Shown here in pieces: positions 10,140-20,241 of a DNA stretch of 64,000 nucleotides; the first letter of the stretch is position 1, and the number at the start of each line of letters is the position of its first letter. The stretch lies in assembly GCA_963804425.1 (NCBI GenBank), contig CAWDQF010000001.1, positions 79,745 to 143,744 of the forward strand, written 5' to 3'. The DNA comes from an uncultured Verrucomicrobiae bacterium (GTDB lineage: Bacteria > Verrucomicrobiota > Verrucomicrobiia > Chthoniobacterales > JAFAMB01). Made by a program: the position numbers and the translations under genes. The notes under the pieces are model-generated. The model was not told the origin of the DNA and ran no database searches. It was given only the letters and a program-made list of their open reading frames with translations.

Positions 10140-10646
10140 TTATTGGCGCTCCAGGATGATATAGCGATCTTGCTTGTAGACGCAGTCGCCAAACGGGCGA
10201 TACCCGACTTTTGACGCCAGTCGTAGAGATCCTTCATTGTGAGGCTTGATGATGCAAACTGTCCGCGCGGGTCCGCGCTGTTCATCAAACCACTTGTGAC
10301 AGGCCGTCACGGCTTCGAGAGCAAGACCGCGACCTTGCGCCGATCGCAACATGATCCATGCAGCTTCAGGATAGCCATCGAATCGCGGGCCGAGGCCGCG
10401 GTGGAAATCGGCGAGACCAACCTCGCCGAAGAATCGGTTAGTCGCCTTCTCGACGACGGCAAACATCCCAAAATCAAGCAGAGACCAGTGACCTGCGTAT
10501 CTCAGGAGGCGGTTCCAGGCGTCCTCTCGGGATAAGTTGGGGAAACCAATAAATCGGAACAACTCAGGGTCCGAGAACATCGAGAACCATGGTTCGAAAT
10601 CCTCCAGTATATGAGGTCTGAGCATAAGCCGCGGCGTCTCAATCAT
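10140..10646 (-). CDS. GNAT N-acetyltransferase (RimJ/RimL-like)
   Basis: IETPRLMLR, QGRGLA, N..S.RLA.KVG. Confidence 0.9.
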   Translation of the reverse strand: MIETPRLMLRPHILEDFEPWFSMFSDPELFRFIGFPNLSREDAWNRLLRYAGHWSLLDFGMFAVVEKATNRFFGEVGLADFHRGLGPRFDGYPEAAWIMLRSAQGRGLALEAVTACHKWFDEQRGPARTVCIIKPHNEGSLRLASKVGYRPFGDCVYKQDRYIILERQ

Positions 10647-10704
10647 ACCGATATCTTTAACGGACGAACATCGATTGCCTCAAGTGACACCGATATTTCC
10701 ATCC

Positions 10705-10984
10705 CTAGTGCACCACTTCCGTGACTGGTATAGCAGCGTTGCTCGATCAAAATGGGCCGCCGGCAAGGCGCGACGAAGGAGCATATCTGAATCGATACGT
10801 GACTGAGGAGCAACGAGGCCGCCGAGCCAAAATCATCGCAACCCTGAGGGCTGCGCGGATATGGGTCGGGTGCTGTGTTGCTCGTCGGTCAAAGACCAAA
10901 GCGGGTATTCCTCCCTCGTCGCGCCGCGCACCCAACTAAAATCGCAGCAGCGCTGCTATACCAGTCACGGAAGTGGTGCACTAG
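10705..10984. mobile_element. MITE-like element with long terminal inverted repeats
   Basis: CTAG-TGCACCACTTCCGTGACTGGTATAGCAGCG and its exact reverse complement at the other end; no credible ORF. Confidence 0.8.
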
Positions 10985-11109
10985 TGCGCTGGCGGACGCA
11001 CACTACTGCTAGCTTCTAACTACGAGATGGAGAGAGGGGACGCTGCGTGGCGTCAGTTTCCAAAACCGCTGAACTTTCCTCATAGTTTGCTCAGGGGTGT
11101 TCGTCTAGC

Positions 11110-11847
11110 TCACTTCACCGCGACGGCGCTGACCCACGATTGGGCAAACAAACTCCAGGGCAACGACGCCCATTCGCGTAAAGCGGCACCGCAGTCGATT
11201 TGTGCAGCTTGTTCCAGTTGGATTGCCAGGTATTGGGCAATAACTTTCGAGTCAGGATAACATTCGTAACGGGCCTGTATTTTCTGCATTAAGAGACCAC
11301 CGGCCTCTAACCAGGACCCGAGTTGTCGCCCGGCACAGGTCTCTCCACCATTTTCATGCTGGAGCGTTCGATACCGGATAATCGCGGCCTCCACCTGATC
11401 GTTTGTTGGGCTCAGAATAAAACCGCTCCAGTCGGGGCTACATAGTCCAGCAACACCACGCGGTCGCAGAACCCGCCGAATCTCCTGGATCGCCCGGATC
11501 GGGTTTGCGAGATGCTCGAAGAGTGCATGGGAGAACACCAAATCGAAAGCGCAATCGTCGAAGGGTAACTCATAGATGGATCCGACGCGAAACATGAGGT
11601 TCGATGCAGAACGAGCTTGGGCTATCGCAATCTGAGATTCAACAAAATCAATTCCCGTTACCTGACCATTTGGTCCAACCGCTTCCGCCAAGCCAATCGA
11701 AATGGTCCCGGGGCCGCATCCGCAGTCTAGGACGTTCATTCCCAGTTTGAGATAGGGTTCGATAAACCCGCCATGGGTCCTAAACGAGCGCGTGGCCATA
11801 AAAGCGGTCGCATTCACCGAATGTCCTGGAGTGTAGTTTTCTTCCAT
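11110..11847 (-). CDS. Class I SAM-dependent methyltransferase
   Basis: VLDCGCGPG, LPFDDCAFDLV, LRPRG. Confidence 0.9.
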   Translation of the reverse strand: MEENYTPGHSVNATAFMATRSFRTHGGFIEPYLKLGMNVLDCGCGPGTISIGLAEAVGPNGQVTGIDFVESQIAIAQARSASNLMFRVGSIYELPFDDCAFDLVFSHALFEHLANPIRAIQEIRRVLRPRGVAGLCSPDWSGFILSPTNDQVEAAIIRYRTLQHENGGETCAGRQLGSWLEAGGLLMQKIQARYECYPDSKVIAQYLAIQLEQAAQIDCGAALREWASLPWSLFAQSWVSAVAVK

Positions 11848-12192
11848 CGTGAAAGTCTGGTCTTGAGCTGATAGCGTGATCTCTTGACGGTCGAGATCAA
11901 GTGGAGAAGAGGTCATGGGGACGTATTTCATCCTCCTCATGGCGACACCTTAGCGGAATTCAGGCACCTGCTCTTATATTTCGGCGAGCAAGCGTTCCGT
12001 TATAGCCGCGACTGTATATGCCCGGCTTGTCTGCCAGCGTGGAGCCCTAGAGGCGCTCTGTTTCCTCCCTTAGCTCCCTGTTCAATTTCCTTTCCTTTCG
12101 AAGATCGCCCTCTATCGCGATCCGCGAGGGCAAGACTCAGCCCATGGCGGAAAAGAAGTCTTCCGAAAGACGGCCTCTCTTCTTTCCATTCT

Positions 12193-12265
12193 GGCGCGCT
12201 CGTCTAGTCGGTTAGGACACGGCCCTCTCAAGGCCGGTGCACGGGTTCGAGTCCCGTACGTTCTC
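12193..12265 (+). pseudogene. tRNA-Glu(CUC) copy with disrupted acceptor stem
   Basis: 67/68 nt identical to 17930-17997; acceptor strands GGCGCGC/ACGTTCT give two mismatches. Confidence 0.85.
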
Positions 12266-12777
12266 CTGCAAAGCAAAATGATCGCCCTTATGTCGCCCTA
12301 AAAGTTCGCGCCTGATTGCGCGCTAGGAAGGTTAACGTCTTAGAGAAGATCTGCTGAGGCCGTGACGGTCACTCTCGGAGGTTTCATTGGACGGCTTAAA
12401 GCGGGACCGGTCGTCGAAGACTATAACGTGCAACAAGAGTGTTGTTTGTTGACACTTGACCCTGATGCTTGTCCCGTTGCTCGGGCATCCTCCCGTGGAC
12501 GCGGGAACTATGTCGGACAGGTTGGTGATTTGGGATTGGTTTGCTCGGGCATAAGCATTACTCAATCTAACCGAGACAGAGCTGATTGGTTTCTGACCTG
12601 TCTTATACGAGAGACCCAGGGTTGGGGCGCTGCCAGCGATAAAAACGGGATGCACTTGCTGAATGATTCGACGGAACAAGCGCCGATTGCGGAACGAACC
12701 AGATGCAAAATCTGCTTCAAATGCGTTGCGGAACGATCTTAACTCCAAACGATACCCAGCAACACCATCGCAGTTTT

Positions 12778-14136
12778 ATGATCACGTTCATCAAACACGC
12801 CCTTTCGGCCAGCGCCGAGGCGAACATTGAGATCGCAGGTTGGATCCGATCCCGGCGAGACGCCAAAGCCTTTTCGTTCCTTGAGGTTAACGATGGTTCC
12901 TGCCTGGGCAATCTGCAGGTGATCGTCGACCAGGAGGTGCCGGGTTACGAGCAGGTGCTGCAAGCGACGACCGGTAGCTCGGTGCGGGTGGCGGGCCGGC
13001 TACTTGCGTCCCCCGCCGCCGGCCAAAAATGGGAGCTTCGCGCCACGCATGTGGAAGTCATCGGACGGGCCGATGCGACCTATCCCCTGCAAAAAAAAGG
13101 GCACAGCGTCGAATTCCTTCGCACCATCGCGCATTTGCGCCCGCGATCCAATCTGTTCGGCGCGGTTTTCCGGCTTCGGAGTCGTCTGGCATACGCGGTG
13201 CATCAGTTTTTTCAGGAGCGGAATTTTGTGTACGTCCAGACGCCGATCATTACGGCCAGCGATTGCGAAGGCGCGGGCGAATTGTTTCGCGTCACCACGA
13301 TAAAACAGGACAGGGACAAGGCCGACGAACCCGACTTTTTCGGCAAGGCCACGTACCTAACGGTCAGCGGGCAACTGGAAGCCGAGACGTTCGCCTGCGC
13401 GTTGTCGAAAGTGTACACCTTTGGGCCTACCTTCCGGGCCGAGAATTCGAATACCTCTCGGCACGCGGCGGAGTTTTGGATGATCGAACCGGAGATGGCT
13501 TTCTGCGACCTACAGGGGGATATGGACCTCGCCGAGGAGTTCGTGAAAGCAATGGTGCGACACGTCCTGGAGCACTGCGCGGATGAACTGGGCCTGTTTA
13601 CTAAGTTTGTGGACAAAGGACTGATCGAGCGGCTCACTCTCGTGCCTGAGCGCCCGTTCCAACGGCTTCCCTACGCCGATGCGATCTCCATTCTTAACGC
13701 CTCCGGGCGGAGCTTTGAGTATCCCGTCACGGATGGCCTGAGCCTGCAGTCGGAACACGAAAGGTTTCTGGCCGAAGAGCATTTCCGGGTGCCGGTGATC
13801 GTCTTTGATCAGCCTTTGCAGGCTAAACCCTTCTATATGCGCGTGAACGATGATGGCAGAACGGTAGCCGCGATGGATGTGCTGGTGCCGGGCATCGGCG
13901 AAATCATCGGCGGTTCGCAGCGCGAGGAGCGTCTGAGCGTGCTGCAGGAAAACATGCGCTCGCGCGGTGTGCGCGAGGAAGAATATTGGTGGTACCTGGA
14001 TCTACGTCGTTTTGGCACCGTCCCCCATGCTGGTTTCGGTCTTGGGTTCGAACGGCTTCTGATGTTCTTAACGGGGGTATCCAATATTAGGGATGTGATT
14101 CCGTTTGCACGTACGCCTGGGAATGCGGAATTTTAG
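12778..14136 (+). CDS. asnS: Asparagine--tRNA ligase
   Basis: OB-fold N-terminus, [30 protein letters not shown]. Confidence 0.97.
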   Translation: MITFIKHALSASAEANIEIAGWIRSRRDAKAFSFLEVNDGSCLGNLQVIVDQEVPGYEQVLQATTGSSVRVAGRLLASPAAGQKWELRATHVEVIGRADATYPLQKKGHSVEFLRTIAHLRPRSNLFGAVFRLRSRLAYAVHQFFQERNFVYVQTPIITASDCEGAGELFRVTTIKQDRDKADEPDFFGKATYLTVSGQLEAETFACALSKVYTFGPTFRAENSNTSRHAAEFWMIEPEMAFCDLQGDMDLAEEFVKAMVRHVLEHCADELGLFTKFVDKGLIERLTLVPERPFQRLPYADAISILNASGRSFEYPVTDGLSLQSEHERFLAEEHFRVPVIVFDQPLQAKPFYMRVNDDGRTVAAMDVLVPGIGEIIGGSQREERLSVLQENMRSRGVREEEYWWYLDLRRFGTVPHAGFGLGFERLLMFLTGVSNIRDVIPFARTPGNAEF

Positions 14137-14209
14137 TGTCCTGTCCCATAAATAACCTGGCTTTCGTTGCGATGAAAATGGGCCGCCGGCACGCTCCACG
14201 GGTGGCAGA

Positions 14210-16037
14210 TTACCGTGCGCCGGATGGTTTCTGTGCTTCCTTCGCCCAAGAGTCCTTGAGCGTGACCGTCCGGTTGAAAACGAGGTGCTCAGACGTACTG
14301 TCTTTGTCCAGGACGAAGTAGCCGAGGCGCTCAAACTGATATCTGGTTTCGCTTCGCGCCTCCCGCAAGCTTGGCTCGCATCTAGCCGCAACGACTTCGA
14401 ATGAGGCGGGATTCAAATGGCGCTCCAAGTCGGTTGCGGTCTCGGGCTCGGGTTCTACGAATAGGCGATCGTAGAGACGCACTTCAGCATCGATCGAGTC
14501 TGCTGCGCTAACCCAGTGAATCGTCCCTTTGACTTTACGATTCGCGTTCGCCCCGCCGCTCTTGCTGTCAAGGTCCGCTGTGCACCGGAGTTCTAAAATG
14601 TTGCCAGCTGCATCCTTGATGACCTCTTCGCATTTGATGATGTACGCATACTTGAGACGTACCTCGCCGCCGGGCCGTAGTCGGAAATATTTCGGCGGCG
14701 GATCTTCCATGAAATCGCTACGTTCAATATAAAGCTCGCGTCGTGAACGTAACTGTGCGTGTACCAGAGTTCGGGTCTTCCGGGTTGTTGACCGCGTTGA
14801 GCGTTTCGCTTTGACCTACCGGATAGTTCGTCAGGATCACCTTGATCGGGCGCAAGACTGTTAGACGCCGAAGCGCCGTCTTGTTCAACTCGTCACGGAT
14901 GGCGTGCTCCAGTACCGCGACGTCGGTGAGGCCGTCATATTTGGTGATGCCGATGTTGTAGGCGAAGGCACGCAGAGCACTGGCTGTGACACCGCGGCGG
15001 CGCAGTCCAGAGATCGTGGGCATCCGCGGATCGTCCCATCCGGTGACGAGCCCTTTTTCGACAAGCTGCATGAGCTTGCGCTTGCTTAGAACGGTATAGG
15101 TGAGATTCAGGCGCGCGAACTCGTATTGGTGCGGTAGCTTCCGCGGCAAATCGAGGTTCTCCAGAATCCAATCGTAAAGAGGACGGTGCACTTCGAATTC
15201 CAACGTGCAAACGGAATGGGTCACACCTTCGATATAATCGCTTAAGCAGTGTGCGAAATCATACATCGGGTAAATACACCACCGGCTGCCAGTGCGGTGA
15301 TGCGCAGTATGCCGAATCCGGTAGAGCACAGGGTCCCGCATCCAAACGTTCGGCGACTGCATGTCGATCTTTGCCCGAAGCGTGCAATGACCGTCGGGAA
15401 ACTCGCCCAGGCGCATCCGCTGAAAGAGGTTCAGATTTTCCTCCGGCGAGCGTCCACGAAATGGACTCTCCTTTCCGTTTATGCGGTAGCTGTCAGTGTC
15501 CGTAGGCGAGAGGTCGTCCACGTACGCCTTGCCTTTGGCGATGAGCTGAACTGCGTATTCAAAAAATTGTTCAAAATAGTCCGAGGCGTAGAATGGCTCC
15601 CCTTCGCTCTCGGGTTGCGCTTGGCCGATTGCCGAATTTAGAGCAGCCTTTTCTACAACGATCGGCCATAAAGAAAAGTCGTGTCTTCCGTCGACCACTT
15701 GAATGTCGCAAGTTTTGCCCTTTGATTTCAGCCCGAGAACGTGGTCTGCCCAACCGGCGACTAGCCAATTTACGTCCTCGACAATCGACTCGACGTACTC
15801 AGTTTCCTCTTTGGTCGGGTTCGTGTCATCCAGGCGGAGATTACAGACCCCTCCAAATTCACGGGCGATCCCGAAATTGAGGCAGATCGATTTAGCGTGG
15901 CCGATATGGAGATAACCGTTTGGCTCTGGTGGGAATCGGGTGTGGCTAAATGAATACTTACCAGCCCTCAAGTCTTCCGCGACAATGTCGCGAATAAAAT
16001 CTGAAGGTGCAGTTTGCTCTTCAGTCTGTGTGCTCAT
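14210..16037 (-). CDS. glnS: Glutamine--tRNA ligase, frameshifted near 14741
   Basis: [35 protein letters not shown]; removing one base restores [16 protein letters not shown]. Confidence 0.93.
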
Positions 16038-16101
16038 GGAAAGATGGGCAACTTAATCGCGCGTGGCGAGTGTTCAAACTTTCGCACCAATCACAAGGTC
16101 C

Positions 16102-17097
16102 TCAACGCGCTTCGTCGAGCAAGATCTTATCCAGTGCGGCGGATATTCGCGGGGCGGCTGTAAGGCGGGCCCGCCATTCGCGCGGAATCGCGTCGACTCC
16201 GAGGTATGCGCCCAGCCAGGAACCAAGCATAGCCCCTCTTCCGGCATTGTCGCCGCCTGCTCGCAACGTCGCCAGAATAGCGGTCTCAAAATCGTTGCTG
16301 TGCTTTAGGAATGCATGAAGAGCGGAGGGGAAGCTTTGGCCCAATGGGCACGCTTGGCCGAATTCTAAAGTGGCTTCCGTCACTTCCTTCCCGGTTGCAG
16401 TGAGCACTTTCTGTGTTTGTTGGCGGAGCTCAGCGCTGTGATCCGGCACCAGCGGGCCGACTCTCACCATCGCGTTTTCTAAGGCGTCGGGTAGGTCGCG
16501 TCCAAGAAAAAGCTCCACCAGGAGCAGCCCGTGAAACTTCATGTAGCCAATCGCACGCGGGTTGTTCTGGCAGACGCGGGTCAGAGACTCGATTGTCGCC
16601 GGCAAGTTGGGGTCACGCCGATAACGGACGGCCAGTCCGGCCAGCCTGGACGCGGTAGCGGGCTCGTCGTCATCGGCTCCTTGCTGAAAGTCATAATCCC
16701 CTGGTGAATTTGATTCCCTGAAGCGTTTGTAATTTTTGAGCGTCCCCAGGGTCGCCCAGTCCAAGTAATCATGGTAATGAGAGGACCCAAATGTCTTGAC
16801 AAAGCGGTCACCAAAAGCGCGAGGATCGAAGCCGCCATGTTCGGCAATTGATTCCAGCAACACCAAGGCACCATCTCCGTAATGGGTTTGATCTCCCGGC
16901 TTCTTCGATTCATGGTAATCCCCAGCTGCTGGCGCCTCGAATCCAAACATGCCACCAGGGAATCTAGCGGAGAGCTCAGACAGATCGTAGATCCAGTGCG
17001 TGCCTAGAGCGGCTGCGTCTCCGACAAATTGACCCCACACCGCTGCCCGGAGTCGGTCTTCGGTAGTTACCTCCTTGGCTAAATCTTTCGCAATCAT
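16102..17097 (-). CDS. ADP-ribosylglycohydrolase family protein
   Basis: GQFVGDAAALG, GDQTHYGD, AGGDNAGRG. Confidence 0.88.
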   Translation of the reverse strand: MIAKDLAKEVTTEDRLRAAVWGQFVGDAAALGTHWIYDLSELSARFPGGMFGFEAPAAGDYHESKKPGDQTHYGDGALVLLESIAEHGGFDPRAFGDRFVKTFGSSHYHDYLDWATLGTLKNYKRFRESNSPGDYDFQQGADDDEPATASRLAGLAVRYRRDPNLPATIESLTRVCQNNPRAIGYMKFHGLLLVELFLGRDLPDALENAMVRVGPLVPDHSAELRQQTQKVLTATGKEVTEATLEFGQACPLGQSFPSALHAFLKHSNDFETAILATLRAGGDNAGRGAMLGSWLGAYLGVDAIPREWRARLTAAPRISAALDKILLDEAR

Positions 17098-17187
17098 ATT
17101 TAGCAAGTGACGTACAACACTCAACGTTACCAAATGGTTTTTATCGATGCCTGCGTAGTGTGTCATACTATGGGTGGAGGCTCACAC

Positions 17188-17388
17188 ATGGCCACTAACC
17201 TTTCCCTCGACCCTGTCTTGATCGAGCGCGCCCTGGAGCTTAGCGGCGAGCGCACGAAGAAAGCGGCTGTTACCCGCGCCCTCAAAGAGTTTATCGCCCG
17301 ACGGGAGCAGAAGGGCTTGCTCGAGCTGATGGGTAAACTTGAATGGGATACAGCGGTCGATTACAAAGCTGAACGTTCTCGTTCGTGA
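17188..17388 (+). CDS. vapB: VapB-family antitoxin
   Basis: MATNLSLD...TKKAAVTRALKEF; overlaps the PIN gene by GTGA. Confidence 0.88.
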   Translation: MATNLSLDPVLIERALELSGERTKKAAVTRALKEFIARREQKGLLELMGKLEWDTAVDYKAERSRS

Positions 17389-17792
17389 GCTTGTTTGTCG
17401 ATAGTGGCGTCTGGTCGCTGGCTTTTCGCCGGGATGCGGTTGCGACCGCCGTTGAAGTATTGGCGTTGCGGCAATCGCTTGAAGCGGGTGATACGATCCT
17501 GACAACGGGATTGGTTCTACAGGAACTCCTACAAGGGTTCGCAGGGCCGCGCGCTCGCCGACAGCTCATCGAACGTTTCGCAGCGTTGCCGTTCATCAAT
17601 CCGGATCGGCAAGATCACATTGAAGCCGCCGATTTACGCAACCGTTGCCGTCGCTCGGGCATTCAAATTTGGACTATTGATGCTCTGCTTGCCGAACTTT
17701 GTGTTCGTCACGGTCTCACGTTGCTCACGACCGATAACGACTTTTCTCGGATTGCCGCCCGTTTTCCTCTTCGGCTGTGGAAAGGCGCCTGA
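17385..17792 (+). CDS. vapC: VapC PIN-domain toxin
   Basis: VDSGVW, LQELL, IDALL, TTDNDF acidic residues. Confidence 0.92.
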   Translation: MSLFVDSGVWSLAFRRDAVATAVEVLALRQSLEAGDTILTTGLVLQELLQGFAGPRARRQLIERFAALPFINPDRQDHIEAADLRNRCRRSGIQIWTIDALLAELCVRHGLTLLTTDNDFSRIAARFPLRLWKGA

Positions 17793-17929
17793 GCGATCCG
17801 CAGATTACACAAATTCCGCCTATTGCAGATGCTAGGACTTTAATTCGTGTTTCTTCGTGTCCTTTCGCGGTTGAAAATTGGCTTTGCTTGAGTTTGCACG
17901 TTGCCGCGATAAATTGGCGGTTCCTACTT

Positions 17930-18002
17930 GGCGCGTTCGTCTAGTCGGTTAGGACACGGCCCTCTCAAGGCCGGTGCACGGGTTCGAGTCCCGTACGCGC
18001 TG
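17930..18002 (+). tRNA. tRNA-Glu(CUC)
   Basis: Full cloverleaf: GGCGCGT/ACGCGCT acceptor, CGGCC-CTCTCAA-GGCCG anticodon arm, GGTTCGAGTCC; CCA not encoded. Confidence 0.96.
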
Positions 18003-18151
18003 ATGCTTCGGTAAATCCGTTGGATCCCTGAGAATCTTTTACTGGAGCCGATTCATAAACAATTCGCCGCGCGCAAATCTTTCAGCAAAAATTCGCATTA
18101 CTTTGGAAGGGCTGAACAGATTTTGATGGCTGTCTGGTAATTATCGAAAAT

Positions 18152-18171
18152 CCGGCGCAAGCCGGTTTTTT
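18152..18171 (+). terminator. Rho-independent terminator
   Basis: CCGGC-GCAA-GCCGG followed by a T run. Confidence 0.7.
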
Positions 18172-18260
18172 ATTTCTGTCTAGTTGCATCTCAAACGGCG
18201 CTCTTGGTAGAGTGTCACGGTGAGTGGCGCAGTTCTTTACTCTTGTCTCGTTGCAAACCG

Positions 18261-18659
18261 ATGAACCGATCGATTTTCCACATTCTAATTGTACCGCTCA
18301 TCGCTGGCTTTTGCGCTTTCATTGGTGCTTTGACAAATGAGGCTGCTGGGCAAAATCCGCCTGACCACGCCCCGCCCGAGCACCACCGCCCGCCCGAGGG
18401 CGGGCCTCCCCCAAAACACAGACGTCATCGAGATGCCCTGGAATCCTCACCTACTCCGGAATCCAAAGCTACTCCGGAATCCAAAGCTACTCCGGCGTCC
18501 AAACCTACTCCGACATCCACACCTGCTCCGACGCCTACACCTGCTCCGACGCCCACACCTGCCCCGACGCCCACAGCTACACCGACATCCACGGTTACAC
18601 CGGCATCCACACCTGCTGCGACGGCCACTCCGACGGCCAAGGCCACAGCCAATTCCTGA
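18261..18659 (+). CDS. Secreted Pro/Thr-rich low-complexity protein
   Basis: Signal peptide then TPESKA/PTPA repeats. Confidence 0.65.
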   Translation: MNRSIFHILIVPLIAGFCAFIGALTNEAAGQNPPDHAPPEHHRPPEGGPPPKHRRHRDALESSPTPESKATPESKATPASKPTPTSTPAPTPTPAPTPTPAPTPTATPTSTVTPASTPAATATPTAKATANS

Positions 18660-18856
18660 TAACTACGCTCACGCGAAATCCTTCAGGCGGGCGTGCGCGG
18701 GCTATCGAGTGAGAGTCCCGTCCGCGTTACCCAATAATAACCAACTCGGAGAAGGCGGTTCACGTCCCGAGCATTCCCGCTTGGCACTCCGGTCAATTCC
18801 ATTTCGGAGTGGACCTGATGTGCGCAAGGGTTCACGGTCAGCCGACTGATCGATTT

Positions 18857-19570
18857 ATGAAAGTCAATCATCACAAGTCGAACCTGTTTCAGCTCTGTCG
18901 GTTCGGAGTTATTAATGCCTATCTTTTTCCGGAGAGGGATCAGACGTTTACTCTCATCGACACCGGGATCATCAGGTTTGGTCACGCCATTATCAGAGAA
19001 GCAGCCAAGCTGGGCCGTCCGGTGGCACGCATTGTCCTTACGCATGTGCATCGTGATCATGTCGGTTCGCTGGAGTATCTGACGCGCAAACTTCCTGAGG
19101 TTGAAGTGGCTGTGGGGGAACGTGAGGCGAGATTTCTGCAGAGAGACTTTTCACTCGATTCGAACGAGCCGAACGCAAGAATCAAGGGGATGTTTTCACT
19201 TTGTCGGGCTCGACCGACGAGACTCTTGGGGGAAGGGGATCGGGTTGGCTCCTTGTCCGTCATCGCTTCCCCAGGTCACACTCCTGGGCACATTGCCCTT
19301 TTTGACCCGGCGACCCAAATCCTCTTCGGGGGAGACGCCTTTCACAGCATGTTCGGGGGGGTGAGTGTGGCGAGTGCACCCAAGGCTCTGTTTCCTTTTC
19401 TCGCCATGGCAACCTGGCACGCACCGACGGCACTGGAAAGCGCTCGACGATTGCTTGCGGTTGAGCCGGAGTTCTTGGCACCGGGTCATGGTCCGATCGT
19501 GGTCCAACCAGCTGAGGCGATGCGCGAGGCAATCGCCCGAGAGACCATTCGCCTGGACGCCGTGGTTTAG
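18857..19570 (+). CDS. MBL-fold metallo-hydrolase
   Basis: THVHRDHVG, PGHTPGH, GGDA, PGHG. Confidence 0.92.
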   Translation: MKVNHHKSNLFQLCRFGVINAYLFPERDQTFTLIDTGIIRFGHAIIREAAKLGRPVARIVLTHVHRDHVGSLEYLTRKLPEVEVAVGEREARFLQRDFSLDSNEPNARIKGMFSLCRARPTRLLGEGDRVGSLSVIASPGHTPGHIALFDPATQILFGGDAFHSMFGGVSVASAPKALFPFLAMATWHAPTALESARRLLAVEPEFLAPGHGPIVVQPAEAMREAIARETIRLDAVV

Positions 19571-19627
19571 AAAAGAAAATCGAAGCGTTTATCGAGCTTA
19601 AGCCTTCGCAGAAAATAATAGCAGAGC

Positions 19628-20115
19628 TTGCATGCGCCAAACCCCGCAACGATTCCGGCACAAAAACCCCGCGCGTTCTCCACCATCTTGTTGGCTGGCC
19701 TGGCATGCGGTGTTTTGGATATCTCCGCCGCATTCGGCACCTGGGCGGCCTGGGGAATCAAGCCGATCCGAATTCTGCAAGGCATCGCCAGCGGGATGCT
19801 TGGCCCAAAATCCTTTAACGGCGGGGGGAGACCGCTACGCTGGGGGCGGCATTTCATTTCCTAATCGCCTTCTCGGCAGCTGGAGTATTCTATGCCGCAA
19901 GCCGGAAACTCACGTTCCTGACGCGCCGCCCGATTCTCTCGGGCGTGCTGTACGGGATCGCGGTCTACCTCTGCATGTACTGGGTCGTGATGCCGCTCTC
20001 AGCTTACCACAAGCCTCCATTCTCCATCTCCGCAACCGTTATCGCGATTATCACGCACGTGGTGTGCGTCGGAGTCCCCATCTCGCTCGTCGTCCGCCGG
20101 TACTGGAGCCGGTAA
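19628..20115 (+). CDS. Membrane protein, frameshifted in G run 19823-19828
   Basis: ILLAGLACGVLDI...LQGIASG continues in another frame as LGAAFHFLIAF...GVLYGIAVY...HVVCVGVPI. Confidence 0.75.
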
Positions 20116-20241
20116 GGGTAGAGAACGCCGTCATCGCCCGAAACGCCGAGAACGGATTAACAGGCCGCAACAAATGTGCTTTGCCTCGTTTTCCCTTCCT
20201 CCACCAAACAACTCAAGGTTGCTTGGTTTACTTCTCACCAA

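Noticed and set aside
12270-12777. T-box leader or coding ORFs upstream of asnS
   Set aside because: No T-box consensus is visible, and the ORFs have no recognisable motifs.
12193-18002. Prophage or integrative island between the tRNA copies
   Set aside because: No integrase or phage genes; kept only as an unexplained duplication.
19823-19828. Phase variation at the G run
   Set aside because: Six G is short for phase variation; a sequencing indel is more likely.
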